From assembly GCA_030531085.1 (NCBI GenBank), contig JAUNOM010000002.1:11094-75093 (forward strand): 64,000 bases of DNA. Direction: 5' to 3'. A program made the translations under genes and the position numbers. Every line of letters starts with the position of its first letter. Positions within the stretch are counted from its first letter, which is position 1. The DNA comes from Prevotellaceae bacterium (GTDB lineage Bacteria > Bacteroidota > Bacteroidia > Bacteroidales > Bacteroidaceae). Under the pieces are notes generated by a model, which was not told where the DNA came from, ran no database searches, and saw only the letters and a list, made by a program, of their open reading frames with translations. Shown here piece by piece: positions 18,558 to 27,709 of the stretch.

Positions 18558-19790
18558 TCACCAGATATGATCCTTCGGGAAAGGCTGCCCTCCCCATGCC
18601 TTTATCTGTGTCCATGGCTGTGCCGGACAGGTCCAGAAGTCATGGTCTGCCGGCAGTCCCAACGGCAGCAGCACCTCTGACGTGATATACAGAGAGCCGT
18701 TATTAGTGTACCAGTCCGCCACTTCCGGCTGTCGTCCGCAAAAGCCTATCGTCAGGTACCCCTTCTCATTGTAATTACCCGGAGCGTCCCACATACGGTG
18801 CATCACCTTTGTAAGCGCCGCACGCACCTGTCCATTGCTTAAATCAGACGGCAGAGTCTGGTACCATGCCATCAGTGACAGCGGCTGCATTGCAGCAAGG
18901 CGATATGGTATGCTGCGTCCGAAGACGGGGAAAGTGCCTTCCGGCGAGATGAACCTCTCAAGGATTATGCTGAACTTCTGACAGCGTTTCAAGGCGCGGT
19001 TGTAAAAATCCTTATAGTTTATATTCCAGCCATACCCCCGCTTGTCGCGCATGGTGGCGAGCGTTTCGAGGTACATGGCGTGAAAGACATAGCTGGAGTA
19101 ATAGTCGAAGGCGAAGGTACCCTGTCCATCACTGTACCATCCGTCACCAACATACCATTCCTCCACCTTGCGTACCGCGCCATTGACACGGTACTGGTCA
19201 TAGGACGCACCTGCCTTAGCCAGGAAACTCTCTATGGTGGATGCGAACAGCAGCCAGTTGGTATACGGAGGCTCCACACGGCGCAGGCGTGTGAACTCGT
19301 CTATGTAACGTGCTTTTGTAAGGGAGTCCAGCGGCATCCACAAGGCGTCATATCCTCTGATAAGGCTCTCCGCTATATATGCGGCATCCACAAGGGGCTG
19401 CCCTTCCTTGCGCCACAGCAGATAGTCCTTGGACTGCGGGTCCACTGCCTGCGCATAGCTTTTCAAGGCCCATTCCCTCAGTTGTCTGCGCTGCTGTCCT
19501 TCCGCCGTATCGTCATCGGGCAGTGACAGCCATGGGGATATACCTGCCATGAGACGGCCGAAGCATTCCATATAGGTGACACGCTTGTCGCGACTGTCAA
19601 AGGAGGGACTGACCTCTATCTGCATCTCCGTGGACAATGCACCACGTGACATCGGCTCCAGAACAGGAGACGCCATGCGCCATGCCTGCTGCGCCCAGTA
19701 CTCGCGGTCACTAAGCGTCTGCACGGCTTTTTTCTTCGCCACTGATGATAGTGGCAGTGCAAAGAGTAATAAGAATAGTAGGTGTTTCAT
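18558..19790 (-). CDS. DUF2264 family protein (glycoside-hydrolase-like, GH154-related)
   Basis: Signal peptide; ECFGRLMAGISPWL, QPLVDAAY, NWLLF, YVGDGWYSDG, GRSIPYR, YTNNGSLY. Confidence 0.8.
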   Translation of the reverse strand: MKHLLFLLLFALPLSSVAKKKAVQTLSDREYWAQQAWRMASPVLEPMSRGALSTEMQIEVSPSFDSRDKRVTYMECFGRLMAGISPWLSLPDDDTAEGQQRRQLREWALKSYAQAVDPQSKDYLLWRKEGQPLVDAAYIAESLIRGYDALWMPLDSLTKARYIDEFTRLRRVEPPYTNWLLFASTIESFLAKAGASYDQYRVNGAVRKVEEWYVGDGWYSDGQGTFAFDYYSSYVFHAMYLETLATMRDKRGYGWNINYKDFYNRALKRCQKFSIILERFISPEGTFPVFGRSIPYRLAAMQPLSLMAWYQTLPSDLSNGQVRAALTKVMHRMWDAPGNYNEKGYLTIGFCGRQPEVADWYTNNGSLYITSEVLLPLGLPADHDFWTCPAQPWTQIKAWGGQPFPKDHIW

Positions 19791-19894
19791 TGGGGGTTAT
19801 TGGTTTTTGGTTATGGGTTATAGGTTGGAGGTTGCGGGTTGTGGGTTGGAGATAAAGGAAAGACCAAAAACCTAAAACCCAAAACCAACCAACC
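19791..19894. repeat. Heptamer-period palindrome D
   Basis: GGTTATT GGTTTTT GGTTATG GGTTATA GGTTGGA GGTTGCG GGTTGTG ... AAAGACC AAAAACC TAAAACC CAAAACC. Confidence 0.85.
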
Positions 19895-19900
19895 GTTGTC

Positions 19901-20851
19901 CTATTCTTTAAACAAATCCTTGATGCCTCCGATGGAGCCAAGGAGGTTAGTGGCCTCGTATGGCAGGTATACAGTCTTGGACTTGTCACCGGCCGCGATG
20001 TCCTGCAATGCCTGTATGTACTTCTGCGCAAGGAGATAGTTGGCAGGGTTGGTGCTCTTGCCTACCGCTTCCGTTATCTTGTCAATGGCTATCGCCTCCG
20101 CCTCCGCCTTGCGGATGCGTGCCTGCGCCTCACCCTCCGCGTGCAGTATCTCCTGCTGCTTGGCGGCCTCCGCACGGTTTATGGCAGCGGTCTTCTCCGC
20201 TTCCGACTGTAATATCACCGCTTGCTTCTCACCCTCTGATGTCAGGATTGTGGCACGCTTGTTACGTTCCGCCTGCATCTGCTTCTCCATAGCCTGCAGA
20301 ACCGTTGCCGGCGGGATGATGTCCTGCAGCTCCACGCGGTTCACCTTTATGCCCCACTTGTTGGTTGCATCATCAAGGACAGCACGCAGCTTGGTATTTA
20401 TGGTGTCGCGCGATGTGAGGGTCTGATCCAGTTCCATCTCACCTATTATATTACGTAGGGTGGTCTGCGTCAATTTCTCTATGGCGTTAGGCAGGTTACT
20501 GATTTCATAGACAGCCTTGAACGGATCCACTATCTGGAAATACAGCAGAGCATTTATCTCCATCTGTATGTTATCCTTTGTAATCACGTTCTGGCGGTCA
20601 AAGTCATACACCTGCTCTCGCAAGTCTATGCGGTCGGTATACACATAACGTCCGCGTGTCATGCCTACCATAACCTTTGCCTGATCTATAAAGGGGATTA
20701 TGATATTGACACCAGGCTCAAGGGTATTGTAATAACGTCCAAGACGCTCTACAATCTTTGTCTCTGACTGTGGGATAATGATGATGGTCTTTTTTAAGAC
20801 CACTGCTGCCAGCACTACGATGACAACAAGAAATACTGTTACAAATTCCAT
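19901..20851 (-). CDS. SPFH/Band 7 (paraslipin/QmcA-like) membrane protein
   Basis: IVERLGRY, VITKDN, WGIKVNRVELQDI, MEKQMQAERNKRA. Confidence 0.93.
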   Translation of the reverse strand: MEFVTVFLVVIVVLAAVVLKKTIIIIPQSETKIVERLGRYYNTLEPGVNIIIPFIDQAKVMVGMTRGRYVYTDRIDLREQVYDFDRQNVITKDNIQMEINALLYFQIVDPFKAVYEISNLPNAIEKLTQTTLRNIIGEMELDQTLTSRDTINTKLRAVLDDATNKWGIKVNRVELQDIIPPATVLQAMEKQMQAERNKRATILTSEGEKQAVILQSEAEKTAAINRAEAAKQQEILHAEGEAQARIRKAEAEAIAIDKITEAVGKSTNPANYLLAQKYIQALQDIAAGDKSKTVYLPYEATNLLGSIGGIKDLFKE

Positions 20852-20868
20852 GTTTCTAATTAATTATT

Positions 20869-20952
20869 TGGTTATGGGTTTATGGTTGTGGGTTATGGGT
20901 CATTCCCTAAAGGCCTAAAGACCTAAAACCCACAACCTATAACCTACAACCC
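20869..20952. repeat. Heptamer-period palindrome E
   Basis: GGTTATGGGTTTATGGTTGTGGGTTATGGG ... AAAGACC TAAAACC CACAACC TATAACC TACAACC. Confidence 0.85.
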
Positions 20953-21384
20953 TCACAAAGTTCTCACTGTGATGACGATGCTTTCTCTTGACACCACTGT
21001 TACCGTTGTGCCTACTGGTATCGTCTCGTTATGTTCACTTACGGCGCGCCATTCGTCTCCGTCTATCTTTACATAGCCATGTCCGCCCGGTTGTATAGTC
21101 TCTATCACTTGTCCTGTTCTGCCTATTAAGGCATCGGCATTGCTACGCCGTCCATTGCCACGCAGTTTCTTGACGAGTGATGGACGCAGGAAAATAACGC
21201 AAAACACTGATGCGGCGGCCATCAGCAACACCTGCATCCATAATGGCATACCAAGGAGCGCGGCAACAAGACCTACAAGGGCACCAAGCGCAAAGCACAG
21301 CACGTAGAGGTCACCGCTGCCCAACTCCACAAGGAGACATAAGAAGCTGACTGTAAGCCACAGCAGCCATAGATGGTTAATCAT
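20953..21384 (-). CDS. NfeD family membrane protein (SPFH partner)
   Basis: Hydrophobic N-terminal half, then NADALIGRTGQV...GYVKIDGDEWRA OB-fold. Start reassigned to ATG 21384 because the longer start runs through repeat F. Confidence 0.88.
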   Translation of the reverse strand: MINHLWLLWLTVSFLCLLVELGSGDLYVLCFALGALVGLVAALLGMPLWMQVLLMAAASVFCVIFLRPSLVKKLRGNGRRSNADALIGRTGQVIETIQPGGHGYVKIDGDEWRAVSEHNETIPVGTTVTVVSRESIVITVRTL

Positions 21385-21506
21385 TGTGGTTGTTGTTTTT
21401 TTGGTTTTGGTTTTTGGGTTGTGGGTTATTGGTTTGAGGTTTTGGGGTTGTGGGGCATTATCTAAAGACATAAAACAAATAACCTAAAACCTAAAACCAA
21501 CAACCA
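21385..21506. repeat. Heptamer-period palindrome F
   Basis: GGTTGTG GGTTATT GGTTTGA GGTTTTG... / AAAGACA...AATAACC TAAAACC TAAAACC AACAACC. Confidence 0.85.
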
Positions 21507-21508
21507 CT

Positions 21509-21985
21509 CTACTCCTTCTCTATCAGAGCCACGGCGTATGCGGATATGCCTTCCTGACGACCTGTAAAGCCGAGGCGCTCTGTTGTGGTGGCCTTTATTG
21601 ACACATTGTCCTCGTCCGTGTGCATCACAGCGGCCAGGCAACGGCGCATATCATCAATATGCGGATTGAGCTTGGGACGTTCCGCACATACAGTGCAGTC
21701 TATATTGCCAAGCGTATAGCCCTTAGACGCTATGAGGTCAATGGTCTTGGCAAGGAGTATCTTCGAGTCTATACCGTCCGTCTCCTCCGCCGTATCGGGG
21801 AAGTGATAACCTATATCACGCATATTGGCAGCTCCCAGAAGCGCATCGCATATAGCATGGATCAGCACGTCTGCGTCACTGTGTCCAAGAAGCCCATGTG
21901 TGTGTGGCACGAGTATGCCACCAAGCCACAGTGGGCGGTCGTCCACAAGCCGGTGGACATCGTATCCGAAACCTATTCTTGTCAT
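21509..21985 (-). CDS. ispF: 2-C-methyl-D-erythritol 2,4-cyclodiphosphate synthase
   Basis: RIGFGYDVH, GHSDADVLIHAICDALLGA, SIKATTTERLGFTGRQEGI. Confidence 0.97.
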   Translation of the reverse strand: MTRIGFGYDVHRLVDDRPLWLGGILVPHTHGLLGHSDADVLIHAICDALLGAANMRDIGYHFPDTAEETDGIDSKILLAKTIDLIASKGYTLGNIDCTVCAERPKLNPHIDDMRRCLAAVMHTDEDNVSIKATTTERLGFTGRQEGISAYAVALIEKE

Positions 21986-21987
21986 AT

Positions 21988-22092
21988 TTGGTTGGTTTGG
22001 GGGTTATGGGTTGTGGGTTATTGGTTTGAGGTTATGTTGGGGCTTTCACCTAAAACCAAAGACCCAAAACCTACAACCAAAAACCAACAACC
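21988..22092. repeat. Heptamer-period palindrome G
   Basis: GGTTATG GGTTGTG GGTTATT GGTTTGA GGTTATG ... AAAGACC CAAAACC TACAACC AAAAACC AACAACC. Confidence 0.85.
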
Positions 22093-22096
22093 TTCC

Positions 22097-23137
22097 CTAC
22101 CGTCTCTTAACTTTATTAATTATATAGGCGCTTATCCTGCTGACAATCCATGCCAGAGGCAGAGTCAGCACCAGGGTTATCAGGAAAGTGGGCCAATAGC
22201 CAAGCCCGTGGCGCTGCAGAGGTTTTAATACAAACTCCACGTGTATCAGATACATTTCAAGGGATATGCCTCCCACCCACGACAACACCGCATTAGGAGA
22301 CAGGCGGCACTTCACATTGCGCAGACGGTGGAACACCTCCGACATTATAAGTACTGTAGTAATGGCGAGGGGTATGTACAGCATACGTTCCACATAAAGC
22401 GGAAAGCGGCCGTGACGCATCTGCTCAAGCCACACGCAGGCTCCAAGGCTGACGGCAAAGAAGATGCCTACCATCCACCATGCCTGACGGTCCACCACAC
22501 ACTCTCTACGCACCAGCTCCGCACAGTTTATGCCGAGAAAGAATATCGGCACACGGCTCCAGAATATCTCTATATGTCCTACGGCCACATGGACCGGTGT
22601 GACATACTGCACTATGATGCACCACATAAGCGGCAGCACCACCAGCCAGCGGTATACGGGATGCCGGCGCACCAGTTCCATATAAGGCGGTGCAAAAACA
22701 TACAGCATCATCGTTGCCGGCACATACCAGAACGTCAACTCGTCATGCAGCCAGAAGTCCCAGTTAAACAGCACATCGCCCACAAGGTCTATGCCACTGT
22801 CTAAAGCCGCCACTCCCGTGCCGCCAAACGGCAGGGCATACGACGGTGCCGAGGGGTTAAAGTGACTGACATAAAATGCCCCTGCCACAAGAAGCCACGC
22901 AGGATATATGCGCAGGGCACGGTTCCGGTAGAAGCGCCGCCAGTCCTGACTCTTCATCCATGAGTACCATAGTCCCACGCCAGACAGGAAGAAGAAGATG
23001 TCCACACCGAGGTTTCCCATGCGGCGGAGGCCAAAGAAGGCACCGGAGCGTGGAGAATAGACGTGGAAGAGCATCACAATTATAATAGCGAAGCCCATCA
23101 GCTCACCTCGATAGCGTGATATATTGGAGAGGGACAT
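22097..23137 (-). CDS. Acyltransferase family 3 membrane protein
   Basis: LMGFAIIIVMLFH, GVDIFFFLSGVG, RALRIYP, SLEMYLIH. Confidence 0.88.
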   Translation of the reverse strand: MSLSNISRYRGELMGFAIIIVMLFHVYSPRSGAFFGLRRMGNLGVDIFFFLSGVGLWYSWMKSQDWRRFYRNRALRIYPAWLLVAGAFYVSHFNPSAPSYALPFGGTGVAALDSGIDLVGDVLFNWDFWLHDELTFWYVPATMMLYVFAPPYMELVRRHPVYRWLVVLPLMWCIIVQYVTPVHVAVGHIEIFWSRVPIFFLGINCAELVRRECVVDRQAWWMVGIFFAVSLGACVWLEQMRHGRFPLYVERMLYIPLAITTVLIMSEVFHRLRNVKCRLSPNAVLSWVGGISLEMYLIHVEFVLKPLQRHGLGYWPTFLITLVLTLPLAWIVSRISAYIINKVKRR

Positions 23138-23330
23138 TTTGGTTGTTTGGTGGTTTTTGGTTGTGGGTTGTGGGTTTTTGGTTGTTTAGTTGTTTGGTTA
23201 TGTGGTGGGTTTATGGTTTTGGGTTGTAGGTTTAAGGTTCTTGGTTGTGGAATATTCCTTAAACGCCAAAGACCTAAGACCTAAAACCAACAACCACTAA
23301 CCATTCCGAGGCCAACAACCCATAACCAAA
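23138..23330. repeat. Heptamer-period palindrome H
   Basis: About 13 GGTT-containing 7-mers, then AAAGACC TAAGACC TAAAACC AACAACC. Confidence 0.85.
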
Positions 23331-23348
23331 CGAGAGACCTACACACTG

Positions 23349-23427
23349 CAAAGTTACACTTTTTTAGCGTAACCGCCAAATTTTTAATGTTGTTTTTGGT
23401 TATTTAGGAAATATCTTTGTAACTTTG
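23349..23427. promoter_or_regulatory. Divergent -7 promoter boxes (TAACTTTG on both strands)
   Basis: CAAAGTTA at 23349-23356 (minus) and TAACTTTG at 23420-23427 (plus, 5 nt before the ATG). Confidence 0.65.
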
Positions 23428-23432
23428 CACCC

Positions 23433-23888
23433 ATGAAAAAGATACTATTTGTATGTCATGGTAACATCTGCCGCAGTCCTATGGCAGAATTCATTATGAA
23501 GAAACTGGTGGCCGACGCCCACAGGGAGGCCGACTATCACATCGCTTCCGCCGCCACCAGCACCGAGGAACTGGGCAATGCCGTATATCCGCCAGCGCGC
23601 CGCAAACTTGCCGAACACGGAATATCATGCGCAGGCAAGACAGCACGCCAGCTGACGCGCGCCGACTATCGCGCATACGACATACTGATAGGCATGGACT
23701 CATACAACATACGCAACATGGAACGCATCTGCGGAGGTGATCCCGACGGCAAGATACACAAGCTCATGGACTACACCCCACGCCCCGGCGACGTGGCAGA
23801 CCCATGGTATACCGGTGACTTCAACGCCACCTACCGCGACTGTATGGAGGGATGCACGGCACTGCTAACGCTTTTAGAGGAGGAATAA
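23433..23888 (+). CDS. Low-molecular-weight protein-tyrosine phosphatase
   Basis: Active-site loop FVCHGNICRS; DVADPWYTGDF. Confidence 0.95.
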   Translation: MKKILFVCHGNICRSPMAEFIMKKLVADAHREADYHIASAATSTEELGNAVYPPARRKLAEHGISCAGKTARQLTRADYRAYDILIGMDSYNIRNMERICGGDPDGKIHKLMDYTPRPGDVADPWYTGDFNATYRDCMEGCTALLTLLEEE

Positions 23889-23889
23889 G

Positions 23890-25716
23890 GTGATGCCGCT
23901 ATTGTTCAGACCTATCTTCACTCGCGCGTTCCTGTTCCTGTACCTGTTGGGAATAACAAGCAGCATCATCACAGTGCCGCCATACAAGGATGCGCATATC
24001 TACAGCAATGCGCCCCTTGAGCTGTTCCTTGACGTGTACATAATATGCGCACTGCTATGCCTTGTGCCCAAGACACTGTCCCTTATGGGGCATAAGGTAC
24101 CGCTAAGGGCCGCTGCCAAGGCTGTTGTATACGCCATAGCGTATCCCCTTTACATCATAGACACCTTCTGTCTGGTAAAGTTCGGCAGCACCATCAACCC
24201 CTCCATGCTGCTGCTTGTAGGCGAGACGAACGGCAACGAGGCCAGTGAATTTCTTTCAAGCTACATAACACCGGACATCATTATCAGCGATGTGGGATGG
24301 ATACTGCTCATAGCCATAGCACATATAATATGTGCCGTGACATGGAAACGGCTGTTCCGGACGCTGCGTCTGCCACAACTGCCACCGCCGCCACACAGCA
24401 CCACGGGCAGGATGATATGGCACGCCGCCGGCTCACTGCCCGTTGCCGCCATGCTGTTATGGTCTGCGGCAAGCAGTTATGACAACAAGATGCTGTACAG
24501 GCAGATAATGTCACGTGAGACCATCGGCGAAGTGGAGCATGACCTCGCCGTCAAGCCGCGCACGGAGATGTACCAGCCCGCCATGCGCCTGCTGTTCTCC
24601 ATTTATAGCAACAGGCTTATAGCCAAGCAGCTCATACGCCTTACGGAGACCTCAAGGCACATCACCGTGGACTCCTGCGACATCAGGAGCCGTAACATTG
24701 TGCTCATCATCGGCGAGAGCTTCAACAAACGCCACGCACAGCTGTACGGTTACGACAAGAACAATATGCCCAACCAGATGCGTATGCTCAAGAGCAGACG
24801 GCTGACACGCCTTGATGATGTGGTGAGTCCATGGAACCTCACCAGCTTCGTCTTCAAACACCTGATGACAACATACTGTGTAGGCGACAAAGGTGACTGG
24901 TGTGACTATCCGCTCTTCTGCCAGATATTCCGCAAAGCCGGCTATCAGGTCAACTTCCTCACCAACCAGTTCCTCCCACAAGCTAAGGAGCAGGTGTACG
25001 ACTTCAGCGGAGGCTTCTTCATAAACGATCCTGAAACGAGTGCAGCACAGTTCGATGTCAGGAACGACCGCCTGCATATCTTCGATGAAGGGTTGCTGCA
25101 TGACTTCGATCACCTTTTCCCTGACTCTGTAAGGGCGCACGCCCAAAAGCCGCAGCTCACCATTTTCCACCTCATGGGACAGCACGTCAACTACCGCATA
25201 CGCTGTCCCAAGTCCAAGAAGAAATGGAAGGGCGGAGACTATCCCGACGACCTTGACCTGCCGGCAAAGAAGCTGGAGGTGCTGGCGGACTATGACAACG
25301 CCGTGTGGTACAACGACTCCATTGTGAACCAGATAGTGCGGCGCTTCAAGGATGACGATGCCATAATAATATACTTCGCAGACCACGGCGAGGAAGTGTT
25401 CGACAAGGGCGCGCGCCATTTCTTCGGCAGGATGCACAACGCTGACATCACACGCCGTCTGGCGGACGAGGAGTTCCGCATACCAATGTGGATATACTGC
25501 ACAAGGAAGTACGCCGCCGCACACCCCGACATCGTAAAGGCCGTGCAGGGGGCCAGGAGGCAGCCCTTCATGACCGATGCCATGTCCCATCTGCTGATGG
25601 GACTGGCCGGAATACACTGCCATTACTACAATCCGCGCTACGACCTGCTGTCACCGGACTATGACAGCAGCCGGAAACGCATACTCAAGAACACGGCTGA
25701 CTACGACAGCCTGTGA
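23890..25716 (+). CDS. Phosphoethanolamine transferase (EptA/CptA-like, sulfatase fold)
   Basis: N-terminal TM helices; IVLIIGES, FHLMGQH, YDNAVWYND, YFADHGEE. Confidence 0.88.
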   Translation: MMPLLFRPIFTRAFLFLYLLGITSSIITVPPYKDAHIYSNAPLELFLDVYIICALLCLVPKTLSLMGHKVPLRAAAKAVVYAIAYPLYIIDTFCLVKFGSTINPSMLLLVGETNGNEASEFLSSYITPDIIISDVGWILLIAIAHIICAVTWKRLFRTLRLPQLPPPPHSTTGRMIWHAAGSLPVAAMLLWSAASSYDNKMLYRQIMSRETIGEVEHDLAVKPRTEMYQPAMRLLFSIYSNRLIAKQLIRLTETSRHITVDSCDIRSRNIVLIIGESFNKRHAQLYGYDKNNMPNQMRMLKSRRLTRLDDVVSPWNLTSFVFKHLMTTYCVGDKGDWCDYPLFCQIFRKAGYQVNFLTNQFLPQAKEQVYDFSGGFFINDPETSAAQFDVRNDRLHIFDEGLLHDFDHLFPDSVRAHAQKPQLTIFHLMGQHVNYRIRCPKSKKKWKGGDYPDDLDLPAKKLEVLADYDNAVWYNDSIVNQIVRRFKDDDAIIIYFADHGEEVFDKGARHFFGRMHNADITRRLADEEFRIPMWIYCTRKYAAAHPDIVKAVQGARRQPFMTDAMSHLLMGLAGIHCHYYNPRYDLLSPDYDSSRKRILKNTADYDSL

Positions 25717-25743
25717 CTCTAACTAACAATAACTGCAATCATA

Positions 25744-26814
25744 ATGAACAACACGGCACTTTTATCACGCACAGAGTGCTCCGCGCTCCGCGGCATCGCC
25801 ATCCTCGGCATCTTCATGCACAACTACCTGCACTGGCTCGGTCCCATGGTGAAGGAGAATGAATACCAGTTCCACCAGCACAACATTGACCAGCTGATGC
25901 AGTCGCTGCAGTCCATGAACGCGGACCTGCCGCTGCAGCTGTTCTCCTTCTTCGGACACTACGGCGTGCCTGTGTTCCTGTTCCTCAGCGGCTATGGTCT
26001 CGTCATGAAGTACGAGAACGGGCCTGCCAACGCCTGCGGACAGCATCAGGAGGAGGGTGTATGCACATTCATGAGGAAACATTTCATGAAGCTGTTCCCC
26101 ATGATGCTACTGGGCTTCACCGTCTTTGCCATGGTAGACTGGATTACCCCCATGCGGCATCACTGGACATGGAGCGACATCCTTGCGCAGCTCACCATGA
26201 CTATCAACCTCCTGCCGCATCCGGACAAGATTATCTGGCCTGGGCCCTACTGGTTCTTCGGCCTCATGATGCAGCTGTACCTGCTCTACAGGGTTGCAAT
26301 ATACCGCAGAAGCGACAAGATACTGTGGGCGCTGATAATAGCCAGCTGGGCCATACAGGCATTATGCTATGGCGACCCCGAGGGCGAAGCCATCAACAGA
26401 ATCAGATACAACTGCATAGGCGGCGTGCTTCCTTTCGGAATGGGCATCATGGCCGCACGCACCCCATGCCACTCACTGCCGCGCCAGGCACACTACGCCG
26501 GATTGCTCATCATATCGGCCGCCAGCACCATTGTGCTGTCGCTCAACTTCAGCACATGGCTGTGGGTACCCGCATTCATCATCATCCTCAGTGTGTCCTT
26601 CATAAAACTGCTTCCTGCCGTGTGCATAAGGCCCCTTGACTGGCTCGGCGCGCTGTCAGCGGCCATATTCGTCTGTCACCCCATAACACGCAAGATATTC
26701 ATACCCATAAGCCGCAGCGGAGACATTATGGACGGCCTCGTGATATACACCGTAACCACACTGATGCTCGCCATGCTGTTCAGGCTTGCCATAGGAAAAC
26801 TAAGACAATCATGA
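25744..26814 (+). CDS. Acyltransferase family 3 membrane protein
   Basis: LRGIAILGIFMHN, GVPVFLFLSGYG, PYWFF. Confidence 0.85.
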   Translation: MNNTALLSRTECSALRGIAILGIFMHNYLHWLGPMVKENEYQFHQHNIDQLMQSLQSMNADLPLQLFSFFGHYGVPVFLFLSGYGLVMKYENGPANACGQHQEEGVCTFMRKHFMKLFPMMLLGFTVFAMVDWITPMRHHWTWSDILAQLTMTINLLPHPDKIIWPGPYWFFGLMMQLYLLYRVAIYRRSDKILWALIIASWAIQALCYGDPEGEAINRIRYNCIGGVLPFGMGIMAARTPCHSLPRQAHYAGLLIISAASTIVLSLNFSTWLWVPAFIIILSVSFIKLLPAVCIRPLDWLGALSAAIFVCHPITRKIFIPISRSGDIMDGLVIYTVTTLMLAMLFRLAIGKLRQS

Positions 26815-27689
26815 AAGATATACTGAAAGTAATACGCCCACACCAGTGGATAAAGAACCTCTTCGTCTTCCTGCCGCTGTTCTTCGGACACCGGCTGCTT
26901 GACCCCGTGCTGCTTGCAGACACGGCCCTGGTGTTCCTGGCCTTCTCGTTCGCGGCGTCCAGCATCTACTGCCTCAACGACGTGATAGACGTGGAGGCCG
27001 ACCGCGCCCACCCCGTGAAGCGCCACCGCCCCGTAGCGTCGGGAGCCGTAAGCGTCAGGGCCGCCTGCATAATGATGGCGGTAATGATGGTCCTGAGCAT
27101 AGCCACCATGTCACTGATGCACAACAGTCCGTGGCCCACAGCGTCGGTAATAGCAGGCTACTGGCTGCTTAACACCACATACTGCTGGCGCCTGAAGCAC
27201 TACGCCATTATAGATGTGTGCATCATAGCCTTCGGCTTCGTGCTGCGCATACTGGCAGGCGGCGTGGCCACTGGCATAGTACTGAGCCACTGGCTGGTGA
27301 TGATGACGTTCCTGCTGACCCTGTTCCTGTCCTTCGCCAAGCGCCGTGACGACGTGCTGCGCATGATGAAGACGGGAGAGGCACCGCGGCACAACACCTC
27401 GCGCTACAACCTCACGTTCATAAACCAGGCCATAACCATCACAAGCAGCGTCATGCTGGTGTGCTACATCATGTATACCGTACAGCCGGAGGTGATAGCC
27501 AGTTTCGGAACACCGTACATATACCTCACCAGTGGATACGTAATCCTGGGCATACTGCGCTATATACAGCTGGCAGTGGTTGACGAGAAGAGCGGAGACC
27601 CTACCAAGGTGATGCTCAGTGACCGCTTCACGCAGTTCATTGTCACAGCATGGATAGGCACATTCCTGCTCATTATATATATATTGTGA
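26811..27689 (+). CDS. UbiA-family polyprenyl-phosphate phosphoribosyltransferase (DPPR synthase-like)
   Basis: RPHQWIKNLFVF, YCLNDVIDVEADRAHPVKRHRPVASG, FAKRR. Confidence 0.88.
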   Translation: MKDILKVIRPHQWIKNLFVFLPLFFGHRLLDPVLLADTALVFLAFSFAASSIYCLNDVIDVEADRAHPVKRHRPVASGAVSVRAACIMMAVMMVLSIATMSLMHNSPWPTASVIAGYWLLNTTYCWRLKHYAIIDVCIIAFGFVLRILAGGVATGIVLSHWLVMMTFLLTLFLSFAKRRDDVLRMMKTGEAPRHNTSRYNLTFINQAITITSSVMLVCYIMYTVQPEVIASFGTPYIYLTSGYVILGILRYIQLAVVDEKSGDPTKVMLSDRFTQFIVTAWIGTFLLIIYIL

Positions 27690-27709
27690 CGGCCGCGAGG
27701 AGCGGATGT

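Noticed and set aside
18395-18685. Gly/Val-rich 96-aa ORF
   Set aside because: Artefact of the G/T repeat arm.
21385-21471. N-terminal extension of NfeD in the ORF track
   Set aside because: It is translated heptamer repeat (PQPQNLKPITHNPKTK); ATG 21384 gives a normal-length protein.
17404-23137. Integron cassette array with attC sites
   Set aside because: No integrase, no consistent RYYYAAC/GTTRRRY box geometry identified, and the enclosed genes include housekeeping ispF and the SPFH-NfeD pair.
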